From Candidatus Brennerbacteria bacterium (lineage in GTDB: Bacteria; Patescibacteriota; Minisyncoccia; UBA6257; JACPKE01): a stretch of 37,926 bases of DNA. The position numbers were made by a program, and so were the translations under genes. This document shows, piece by piece, positions 23,890-31,186 of this stretch. The notes under the pieces are model-generated. The model saw nothing but the letters and a program-made list of their open reading frames with translations. It searched no databases and was not told the DNA's origin. Each line of letters opens with the position of its first letter. Position 1 is the stretch's first letter. Location: positions 1 through 37,926 of the forward strand of contig JACPKE010000004.1 of NCBI GenBank assembly GCA_016187205.1, written 5' to 3'.

Positions 23890-24348
23890 ATGAAATCGGT
23901 AGTTTTTTGTTCAAGCCAGCGTTTTAGAAAGGAACTCAAGGAATTCGTTAAGGAGCTCCGTATTTTAGCTCATGCAAAGGGCGGTCATTTGGTTATTCTT
24001 GAACCTAATTTTGACGATAATGCGGATCATTTGGACCAGGCGCATGAAAAAGACCGGTTGAAAGACGCGCAATATAAATCAACGGTTGCCGGAAAAGTCT
24101 ATGACCATTTGTTCAGAAAGGTCAGGGTGGCCGATGTTTGTTTTGTTTTTAATAAAAACGGTTATCTTGGCGCCAATACCAACGGCGAGCTTTTTGCCGC
24201 CGCCATGGCAGGCAAATTTTGTTATGCTCTGGAAGAAAAGACTTTAATGGGAAATTATCCGCATGATTTATACGAAGAGCCGTCAACGCGGAAACTTATT
24301 CATGAGATCGTATCAACGCCGGAAGAATTATTTAAAAGGTTAGTTTAA
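23890..24348 (+). CDS. Nucleoside 2-deoxyribosyltransferase-like / Rcl-like fold protein (tentative)
   Basis: 152 aa. The C-terminal pattern ADVCFVFNKNGYLGANTNGELFAAAMAGK resembles the D..(V/A)..(D/N)xGTxxExGxAxxxGK signature of that superfamily. The nucleotide-metabolism context supports it. The match is weak and made by eye only. Confidence 0.35.
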   Translation: MKSVVFCSSQRFRKELKEFVKELRILAHAKGGHLVILEPNFDDNADHLDQAHEKDRLKDAQYKSTVAGKVYDHLFRKVRVADVCFVFNKNGYLGANTNGELFAAAMAGKFCYALEEKTLMGNYPHDLYEEPSTRKLIHEIVSTPEELFKRLV

Positions 24349-24350
24349 TT

Positions 24351-25835
24351 ATGTCTGAATATAAACCCACAATTGGTTTGGAAATTCACGCGGAACTTAA
24401 GACAAACACCAAAATGTTCTGTGGTTGTTTGAATGATCCGGAAGAAAAACATCCGAACGTAAATGTTTGCCCGATTTGCCTTGCTCACCCCGGGACTTTG
24501 CCGGTTATTAATCGCCAGGCCGTTGAAGCGGTTATTAAACTTGGTTATGCTGTCGGCGGCATTATTCCTAAAACTTCCCATTTTGACCGCAAGAGTTATT
24601 TTTATCCGGATTTGCCGAAAGGTTATCAGATTTCGCAGTATGAAAATCCTTTGGTTGAAGGCGGAAGTTTGTTGGGAGTCAGAATAAAAAGAGTGCATTT
24701 AGAGGAAGATACGGGGCGATTAATACATAGTAGCCCTTCGACAGGCTCAGGGCGACCGGCTTCGCTGGTCGATTTTAACCGCGCCGGTATTCCGTTAATG
24801 GAGCTGGTTACCGAGCCGGATATTAAAAATGCCGAACAAGCCGTAAAATTTGCAAAGGAGCTTCAGCTTATTTTGCGGTATCTTGGGATATCGGACGCGG
24901 ATATGGAAAAAGGCCAGATGCGGGTTGAAGCCAATATCAGCGTATCCGATAGCGGCGACATGGGAGTGAAGGTGGAAGTTAAAAACATAAATTCTTTTAA
25001 AGCGGTTAAAGACGCTATAGATTATGAAATTAACCGGCAGAAGCAGGTTATTGAGGCGGGAGACCCCGAAGGATCCCGACAAGGCGGGACCTACGGGGCA
25101 GGAAAAATAATTCAGGAAACGCGCGGCTGGGATGATGTTAAAAGAATCACTAAATCCCAGCGGACAAAAGAATCGGCCCATGATTACCGTTATTTTCCGG
25201 AGCCGGATTTGCCGCCTTTGGAATTTTCCGATGCTGTGCTTGAAAAAATAAAACTGGAATTGCCGGAACTGCCCGAAGCAAAAAGAATCCGTTTCATGAA
25301 AGAATTCGGGTTTAATCGGGAGCAAGCCGAAACTATCATTGCCGATCGTTTCGCGGCCCAGTATTTTGAATCCGCAGTTTCCGAACTTCTTGAATTTCAG
25401 CCGGAATTGACGCCTTTCAGCCTGCTTTATAATTATTTTACCAGCGATTTATGGGGTTTAATGGCTCAAAAAGGAATCGGATTCGGGGATTTGAAAATTC
25501 CGCCGGAACACTTAGCGCACCTTGTTTCATTAATAGCCGATGAAACGTTTTCAAGCCGCATGGCCAAAGACGTTTTGGCGAAAATGTTTGACAGCGGACT
25601 TGATCCGGAAGCTATTATTAAAGAATCCGGGTTAACGCAGATGGGAGACGAAGAGGACCTGACTGCGATAATTGAGGAAGTAATTAAAGAAAATTTGCCG
25701 GCGGTGGAAGACGTCAAAAAAGGTAAGCAAAATGCGGTTCAGTTTTTAATCGGACAGGCAATGAAAAAATCTAAAGGCCGAGCCAAACCGGAAGCCGTTA
25801 AAAAACTTTTGGACAGGCATATTAAAACCTTATAA
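24351..25835 (+). CDS. gatB: Asp-tRNA(Asn)/Glu-tRNA(Gln) amidotransferase subunit B
   Basis: KPTIGLEIHAELKT..KMFCGC, VCPICLAHPGTLPV.N, SHFDRKSYFYPDLPKGYQISQ, HLEEDTG, SLVDFNRAGIPLMELVTEPD, RVEANISV, and a C-terminal YqeY-like tail. Contains two apparent in-frame inserts. Confidence 0.95.
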   Translation: MSEYKPTIGLEIHAELKTNTKMFCGCLNDPEEKHPNVNVCPICLAHPGTLPVINRQAVEAVIKLGYAVGGIIPKTSHFDRKSYFYPDLPKGYQISQYENPLVEGGSLLGVRIKRVHLEEDTGRLIHSSPSTGSGRPASLVDFNRAGIPLMELVTEPDIKNAEQAVKFAKELQLILRYLGISDADMEKGQMRVEANISVSDSGDMGVKVEVKNINSFKAVKDAIDYEINRQKQVIEAGDPEGSRQGGTYGAGKIIQETRGWDDVKRITKSQRTKESAHDYRYFPEPDLPPLEFSDAVLEKIKLELPELPEAKRIRFMKEFGFNREQAETIIADRFAAQYFESAVSELLEFQPELTPFSLLYNYFTSDLWGLMAQKGIGFGDLKIPPEHLAHLVSLIADETFSSRMAKDVLAKMFDSGLDPEAIIKESGLTQMGDEEDLTAIIEEVIKENLPAVEDVKKGKQNAVQFLIGQAMKKSKGRAKPEAVKKLLDRHIKTL

Positions 25836-25881
25836 ATTTATGAGGCCGAGCCTCGTAAGAGTATTTCGTAAATATTAAAAA

Positions 25882-26043
25882 ATGGAACAAGAAAAATTTT
25901 TTCAACCAAAATTAACGCCGGAAGAAGAGAAAGCGCATGAAGAAAGCGAACGCCGCCGCAAGATTTTAGAACAGCAGGAAGGTGAAAAAGCGCGCAAGCT
26001 TTTAGAAAAAGAATTGGAGAAAGTTATAGAAGAGAAAGAATAA
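25882..26043 (+). CDS. Small E/K-rich hypothetical protein (53 aa)
   Basis: ATG ORF not in the supplied track (shorter than 60 aa): MEQEKFFQPKLTPEEEKAHEESERRRKILEQQEGEKARKLLEKELEKVIEEKE. No clear RBS. Confidence 0.3.
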   Translation: MEQEKFFQPKLTPEEEKAHEESERRRKILEQQEGEKARKLLEKELEKVIEEKE

Positions 26044-26045
26044 AT

Positions 26046-26960
26046 TTATAATTTTTCAATCGTCTTTTTAATTCCTGTTTCAACGTCTGTTTTTGCTTTC
26101 CAGCCGAGTTTTTTTTGGGCTTTTTCTCCTGATATCGCTATTCTGTATACTTCGCCTTTGCGCGCCGGAGAAAAAACCGGCTTTCCCTGAAAGTTAACGG
26201 CTTTGGCTGTCAGATTAAATATTTTTTTATCGCTGGTTTCTTGGCCAGAACCAAGATTTATAATTTCGTTAACGCATTTTTTGAGCGTAATGATATTGGC
26301 ATTAACAATATCGTCAATATAAACATAGTCCCTGGTTTTTGTTCCGTTGCCGTAAATTTTTGGCTGGAGGCCGGATTTCATCAGTCCGCCGAAAATCGCC
26401 ACTACCCCGGCTTCGCCTTTTGGATTTTGGCGCGGTCCGTAAACATTGGGATAGCGGAATATCAGATAATTAAACCCGTAAACGCGGGAGTAAAATTTTA
26501 TCATTTCTTCTCCCAGTAATTTTGAAAGTCCGTAAGGAGAAAGGGGAATTGCCGGAGTTTTTTCATCAGCCGGGATTTTGTCCGGCTGGCCGTAAATCGC
26601 GCCGCCGGTTGAAGAAAAAATAAATTTTTTTATTTTTACCAGGCCGCCGGCAACCAGAACATTGGCGGTTCCCAGAACATTGGTTTGGTAAGTCGGAATC
26701 GGATCGCGAAGCGATTTCACTACTTCGGCAATGGCGGCATGATGGTTCACGATTTCCGGCCGTTCTTTTTTGAATATTTTTTCAACGGCGTTTTTATCGC
26801 GGATATCGGCTTTGTAAAATTTCGCTTTTTTGTTGATATTGCGGCGGAAGCCGGTAGCGAGATTATCAATAATTACTGCGCGATGGCCAAGATTTATGTA
26901 TTTATCTGTTATATGGCTGGCAATAAAGCCGGCGCCGCCGGTGATTAGTATTTTAGCCAT
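26046..26960 (-). CDS. NAD-dependent epimerase/dehydratase (GalE-like SDR)
   Basis: ILITGGAGFIASHI (GxxGxxG) and the YGLSKLLGE (YxxxK) catalytic motif. Overlaps the end of the upstream sugar transferase by 8 nt, consistent with an operon. Confidence 0.85.
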   Translation of the reverse strand: MAKILITGGAGFIASHITDKYINLGHRAVIIDNLATGFRRNINKKAKFYKADIRDKNAVEKIFKKERPEIVNHHAAIAEVVKSLRDPIPTYQTNVLGTANVLVAGGLVKIKKFIFSSTGGAIYGQPDKIPADEKTPAIPLSPYGLSKLLGEEMIKFYSRVYGFNYLIFRYPNVYGPRQNPKGEAGVVAIFGGLMKSGLQPKIYGNGTKTRDYVYIDDIVNANIITLKKCVNEIINLGSGQETSDKKIFNLTAKAVNFQGKPVFSPARKGEVYRIAISGEKAQKKLGWKAKTDVETGIKKTIEKL

Positions 26961-28293
26961 GGGATATAAAAATCATTTTTATTGTTTTAAGTATAATGGA
27001 AATATCAAGAAAAAACGAGCGGTTTTTTAAATAATAAAGATCATACTGCAATTTTTGGTAAGCATCTTCAATGGATGAGCCATAGCGGTAATTAATTTGA
27101 GCCCAGCCGGTGATTCCCGGTTTTATCAAATGACGCATTTCATAAAAAGGCACTTGTTCTTTTAATGGCTTTACGAATTCAGGGCGTTCCGGCCTGGGAC
27201 CCACAAAAGAAAGCTCGCCTTTTAAAATATTATAAAGCTGGGGAATTTCATCAATGTGAGTTTTCCGCAAAAAACCGCCCAGCGGAGCAATCCGTTCGTC
27301 GTTTTTTCCGGACGACCATTGCGGCCCTTCGGCTTCGGCATTCAAGCGCATAGTTCTTAATTTGTAAATCCAGAATTCTTTTTCATTCTTGCCCATCCGT
27401 TTTTGTTTGTAAAAAATCGGGAAACCGGAAATTAAAGCTATGACCGGTAGTAAAAATATTGATACTGGCAATGCGACGGCAAGAGCTATAGCGGCAATAG
27501 TTAAGTCCTCCATTCTTTTAATAATATCAATGAATTTTTGTTTTCCGGCGGCTGTTTCCATTAGCCAATTTTCTTCCATAATCGCCAGGGGAATTTTTTG
27601 TAAGGCCGATTCGTAAAGAGCGTTAAGGCCGGTGACGCTAGTGCCTGAACTGATAAGCCGGTAAATGAGCTTGGCATTTTCAGGGTTATTTTGGATTTCG
27701 GGAGAAAGAATAATGGAATCAATTTCTTCGTCTTTGATTATTTTTTTAACTTCATCTACGTTTTTATTTTTCAGGCCTGTTTTTAGCCATAATTTTGTTT
27801 GGTAGCCAAGCTGGGGATTTTTTGCCAGGATACCGATTAGTTCCGCGGTTGTTGTATCGGATCCGGTAAAAAGCAATTTAGTCTGGAATCCTTTTGAGAT
27901 GAAAAGCTTGTTAAGAAATTTTCTTGCCCAATAATCAAGCAGGCCGAAAATAAATATTAAAATAAAAAGATTGGTTTTTGGAGTGATGCCGAAATAAGGA
28001 ATAAGATAGAAAAAAAGCGCGGCTAAAGAAGTTCCGGTAATCAGACCGGCGGAGTAAAAACCGCCGAATCCGCTTCCGATTTTCAATTTTTTAGGGTCAT
28101 ATAAGCCGTTAATATAGAAAATAATTATCCACAGGCCGAAAATAATGGAGAACGGCCGCCAATGGCCGGCCCATTGTTCGCCTAGCCGAAACCAGCCGTA
28201 GCGCAATATAAGCGTTAAAAAAAGCGAAAAATAAAGAACCGCGGCATCGCCTAAAAAAAGGATAAGTGATCTTATTTTTGACTGGCTAAGCAT
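26953..28293 (-). CDS. Polyprenyl-phosphate sugar-1-phosphate transferase (WbaP/ExoY 'bacterial sugar transferase' family)
   Basis: N-terminal TM bundle and a C-terminal KLRTM......PQLYNILKGELSFVGPRPERPEF...KPGITGWAQINYR signature. Confidence 0.85.
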   Translation of the reverse strand: MLSQSKIRSLILFLGDAAVLYFSLFLTLILRYGWFRLGEQWAGHWRPFSIIFGLWIIIFYINGLYDPKKLKIGSGFGGFYSAGLITGTSLAALFFYLIPYFGITPKTNLFILIFIFGLLDYWARKFLNKLFISKGFQTKLLFTGSDTTTAELIGILAKNPQLGYQTKLWLKTGLKNKNVDEVKKIIKDEEIDSIILSPEIQNNPENAKLIYRLISSGTSVTGLNALYESALQKIPLAIMEENWLMETAAGKQKFIDIIKRMEDLTIAAIALAVALPVSIFLLPVIALISGFPIFYKQKRMGKNEKEFWIYKLRTMRLNAEAEGPQWSSGKNDERIAPLGGFLRKTHIDEIPQLYNILKGELSFVGPRPERPEFVKPLKEQVPFYEMRHLIKPGITGWAQINYRYGSSIEDAYQKLQYDLYYLKNRSFFLDISIILKTIKMIFISHG

Positions 28294-28313
28294 TTTTAGT
28301 ATAGTATAATATC

Positions 28314-28367
28314 TAGTATCTAGTATCTAGTATCTAGTATCTAGTATCTAGTATCTAGTATCTAGTA
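28314..28367. repeat. 7-bp microsatellite (TAGTATC x7 plus a partial unit) in a divergent intergenic region
   Basis: Perfect TAGTATC units from 28314 to 28362, then TAGTA. Lies between the sugar transferase start (28293, -) and the DsbA-like start (28388, +). Confidence 0.95.
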
Positions 28368-28387
28368 GATAAATTTTAGCAGTTATT

Positions 28388-29098
28388 ATGGACGAAGAAA
28401 AAATTCAACAGCCAAACCAACAGCAAAAAGATTATTTTTTGCCGGCCAGCATTCTGGTTGCCGGAGTTTTGATTGCCGGTTCGGTTATTTACAGCACCGG
28501 TCTTAAAAATACTCCGATAAAACCGCTTCAGGCTGATCTTGGCATTATCGCGACAACTCCGCAAATAGGCGATGATGTTATTCTTGGCGACAAAAACGCT
28601 CCTATTACTATTGTTGAATTCGGCGATTATCAGTGTCCTTTTTGCGGCCGCTTTTTTTCCGAAACAGAAGCTCGATTAAGAAAAGAATATATAGAAACCG
28701 GCAAAGCTAAGATGGTTTATAAAGATTTCGCTTTTCTTGGGCCGGAATCTGACGCCGCCGCCCAAGCGGCCGAGTGCGCCAAAGACCAGGGAAAGTATTG
28801 GGTTTATCACGACGCTTTATATAATGAAGAAATCGCCGACAATCAGGAAAACAACGGCAATCTTACTTTCGACAGGTTAAAGGAAATTGCGGTTGAAAAT
28901 GGCCTTCAAAAAAGCCAGTTTGATTCTTGTTTTGATTCAAAAAAATATGAAGCTGAAGTTAGGGGCGATTACGATGAAGCTCAAGCGCTTGGGGTTAAAG
29001 CAACGCCCACCATTTTTATAAACGATCAGAAATTTGAAGGAGCTTTGCCGTTTTCGGTTTTTCAGGAAGTTATTGACAAAATTTTGGCGCAGCAATAA
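28388..29098 (+). CDS. DsbA-family thiol:disulfide oxidoreductase (membrane-anchored)
   Basis: N-terminal TM helix, FGDYQCPFCGRFF (CPFC active site) and VKATPTIFIN (cis-Pro loop). Confidence 0.85.
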   Translation: MDEEKIQQPNQQQKDYFLPASILVAGVLIAGSVIYSTGLKNTPIKPLQADLGIIATTPQIGDDVILGDKNAPITIVEFGDYQCPFCGRFFSETEARLRKEYIETGKAKMVYKDFAFLGPESDAAAQAAECAKDQGKYWVYHDALYNEEIADNQENNGNLTFDRLKEIAVENGLQKSQFDSCFDSKKYEAEVRGDYDEAQALGVKATPTIFINDQKFEGALPFSVFQEVIDKILAQQ

Positions 29099-29264
29099 TA
29101 TATTAAACGCGTTTAATTTTGAAACTCAATGATTCAGGATTATTTTATTTTAAGAGATAAATCGTATAAATCCCTCGCCTTTTAAAGATCGGCCGCTTCG
29201 CGGCAAAAATATCTGAAATTTTGAAAAGGTTAGGGATAAAAGGGACGAAACAAAATAAACAAAA

Positions 29265-29495
29265 ATGGCTTTTAATAATGATCAGGGCGGCGGAGGTTTT
29301 CAGCGGCCGATGTTTACCGGCGACTGGGAATGTTCGCAGTGCCATGCCAAAATAGACAAGCTGCCTTTTGAGCCGGATCCGGCCCGTTTGAATCAGCTGA
29401 AATGCCGCGACTGCTACAAATCGCAGCCAAGGTCTTTTGGCGGCGGAAACAGGTTTCAGGGAGGAGGCGACAGATTTCAACATTCATCCGAATAA
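29265..29495 (+). CDS. CxxC-x(17-20)-CxxC zinc-ribbon protein with G-rich tails
   Basis: WECSQCHAKIDKLPFEPDPARLNQLKCRDCY fits the CxxC..LPFxPD..CxxC small-protein family that I recall. GGGG and RFQGGG termini. Confidence 0.6.
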   Translation: MAFNNDQGGGGFQRPMFTGDWECSQCHAKIDKLPFEPDPARLNQLKCRDCYKSQPRSFGGGNRFQGGGDRFQHSSE

Positions 29496-29521
29496 GAAAA
29501 TTAAAACTTGAGATTAGCATG

Positions 29522-29543
29522 GCCCGCTTTTTTACTGGCGGGC
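29522..29543 (+). terminator. Hairpin terminator after the zinc-ribbon gene
   Basis: GCCCGC-TTTTTTACTG-GCGGGC followed by TTTGTG. Confidence 0.4.
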
Positions 29544-29578
29544 TTTGTGCTATATATAATAGATAGATAAACTTTAAT

Positions 29579-29752
29579 ATGCATTTTAAAAAAAACATCT
29601 GGGTTCAATTAATTCTAGGCGTTTGGATTTTTGTTTCTCCGTGGCTGCTTGGTTTTTATGAGATTAATTTGGCTTTATGGAGCAATTTGATAGCCGGAAT
29701 CGCTATTGTTATTTTAAGTTTATGGTTGATTTATGGGGAAGAGCATAAATAA
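29579..29752 (+). CDS. SPW-repeat small membrane protein (57 aa)
   Basis: ORF not in the supplied track: MHFKKNIWVQLILGVWIFVSPWLLGFYEINLALWSNLIAGIAIVILSLWLIYGEEHK. Two TM helices and the VSPW motif. Confidence 0.55.
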   Translation: MHFKKNIWVQLILGVWIFVSPWLLGFYEINLALWSNLIAGIAIVILSLWLIYGEEHK

Positions 29753-29753
29753 T
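29726..29753 (+). promoter_or_regulatory. Candidate promoter for the structured RNA at 29760
   Basis: TTGATT, 16-nt spacer, AATAAT. The predicted start, about 7 nt downstream, coincides with the first base of the long hairpin. Confidence 0.35.
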
Positions 29754-29759
29754 GGGTTT

Positions 29760-29956
29760 AACAGCAAATCTTTTTCTGCCAGCCGTCTTCGCAACAGGCA
29801 AATTATCTTTGCTCGTCGTCAGAAGCTTGCGAAAAATTGAGAACTCGCCTTTAGCTCAAACATCTCAATTTTTCTGCTTCTTTCCTCCTTACTCGGTAAT
29901 TTGCGGCTGTTGCTACGACCATGCTGGCCCTGAAAAAGATTTGCTGTTGTATTTTT
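29760..29956 (+). ncRNA. Structured RNA of about 190 nt: extended hairpin with a large central bubble (6S RNA-like)
   Basis: Paired segments: 29761-29776 with 29932-29947 (16 bp, perfect), 29778-29783 with 29923-29928, 29791-29805 with 29897-29913 (GG bulge), 29821-29826 with 29876-29881, and 29831-29842 with 29863-29874 (12 bp). The unpaired bubble is 29806-29820 versus 29882-29896 (15 x 15 nt). The apical loop is 20 nt and a TTTTT run follows at 29952-29956. Confidence 0.5.
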
Positions 29957-30008
29957 CCCAAGTGGAATAATAATGTAAATAATGTTATGATTTTCTATAA
30001 TTAAAATT

Positions 30009-30248
30009 ATGGAAAAAACAATTAAAATTTATACAACGTCGTCCTGCGTTTATTGCAAGATGGCAAAAGAATTTTTCAAAACAAATAACGTGCAGTACGA
30101 AGAGTATGATGTCGCTGTTGATGAAAAAGCCAGAAATGAGATGGTTGAAAAATCTCATCAGCTGGGCGTGCCGGTTATTGAAATAAACGGCGAAATTTTT
30201 GTCGGTTTTGACAAGAGCGCTTTATTAAAGGCTTTGAATATAAAATAA
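30009..30248 (+). CDS. Glutaredoxin-like (NrdH/YruB-type) protein
   Basis: 79 aa, with IKIYTTSSCVYCKMAKEFF (CxxC) and GVPVIEING. Thioredoxin fold size. Confidence 0.85.
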   Translation: MEKTIKIYTTSSCVYCKMAKEFFKTNNVQYEEYDVAVDEKARNEMVEKSHQLGVPVIEINGEIFVGFDKSALLKALNIK

Positions 30249-31186
30249 TGTACGATGTAATTATTGTTGGCGGCGGGCCGGCTGGAGTTGCCGCCGGAAT
30301 CTACACCGCCAGGAAAAAATTAAAAACGCTTTTAATGACAGAGGAATTCGGCGGCCAGTCAATCGTGTCCGATGACATTCAGAATTGGATTGGCGATGCC
30401 CACATTTCCGGTTTTGATTTGGCGAAAAAACTTGAGGCGCATTTGCGGACTTATTCCGATGATGTTGATATTAAAATTCCGGAAAAAGCCGTTGAGGTGA
30501 AAAGAATCGGCGATGGTTTGACGGCTATGGGATTTGAAGTGAAAACCGATAAAAATAATGTTTATCAGGCAAGAGCGGTGATTTTAGCGAGCGGAGCGCG
30601 CCGCAGAAAATTAAATATCCCGGGAGAGGACCGCTTGAACGGAAAAGGAGTTGTTTATTGTTCAACTTGCGACGCCCCGCTTTTTAAAGATAAAGCGGTG
30701 GCTGTTGTCGGCGGAGGCAATGCCGGCTTGGAAGCGGTAGTTGATCTTTTTCCTTACGCGTCAAAAATTTATCTTTTGGAATTCGGTGAAACTCTCAAAG
30801 GCGACCAGGTTTCCCAGGAAGAGGTGAAAAAGAACCAGAAAGTTGAAATTCTTTTTTTTGCCGAAACGCGCGAGATATTGGGGGATAAGTTTGTTGCCGG
30901 ATTGAAATACAGCCACCGCAAAACAGGCGAGGAAAAAATTTTGGATGTAAAAGGAGTTTTTGTTGAAATCGGTTCGGTTCCCAATTCCGAAATGGTTAAA
31001 GGTTTGGTGGCGCTGGATAAATATGGCCAGGTGATTATTGATTCAAAACACAGCACCACTTCCGAACCGGGAATTTTCGCGGCTGGAGACGTTACCGACG
31101 ATCCTTACAAGCAGAATAATATTTCCGTAGGCGACGCGGTTAAGGCGGCTTTGGCGGCTTATAATTATCTTTTGAAGAATAAGTGA
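30248..31186 (+). CDS. trxB: Thioredoxin-disulfide reductase
   Basis: YDVIIVGGGPAGVAAGIY (FAD-binding), the CSTCDAPLF redox CxxC, VVGGGNAGLEAV (NADPH-binding) and FAAGDVTD. Confidence 0.9.
   Translation: MYDVIIVGGGPAGVAAGIYTARKKLKTLLMTEEFGGQSIVSDDIQNWIGDAHISGFDLAKKLEAHLRTYSDDVDIKIPEKAVEVKRIGDGLTAMGFEVKTDKNNVYQARAVILASGARRRKLNIPGEDRLNGKGVVYCSTCDAPLFKDKAVAVVGGGNAGLEAVVDLFPYASKIYLLEFGETLKGDQVSQEEVKKNQKVEILFFAETREILGDKFVAGLKYSHRKTGEEKILDVKGVFVEIGSVPNSEMVKGLVALDKYGQVIIDSKHSTTSEPGIFAAGDVTDDPYKQNNISVGDAVKAALAAYNYLLKNK

Noticed and set aside
24345-25717. ORFs overlapping gatB on either strand (24345..24698 -, 24463..24687 +, 24795..25325 -, 25466..25717 -)
   Set aside because: gatB motifs fill the + frame continuously. 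The overlapping ORFs have no recognisable similarity.
28314-28367. Possible CRISPR array or replication-origin iterons
   Set aside because: The units are 7 bp, contiguous and have no spacers, and no cas genes are nearby. There are no DnaA-box-like 9-mers and no dnaA or dnaN, so a simple microsatellite is the adequate description.
29145-29598. Minus-strand ORFs 29145..29483 and 29314..29598
   Set aside because: They are antisense to the CxxC zinc-ribbon gene and cross a terminator hairpin. The + strand product has a recognisable family pattern.
29752-29970. 72-aa ORF in the supplied track
   Set aside because: It exactly overlies the long imperfect hairpin (29760-29948), has an odd composition (CFFPPYSVICGCCY) and no RBS. 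It is better explained as a structured RNA or palindrome.
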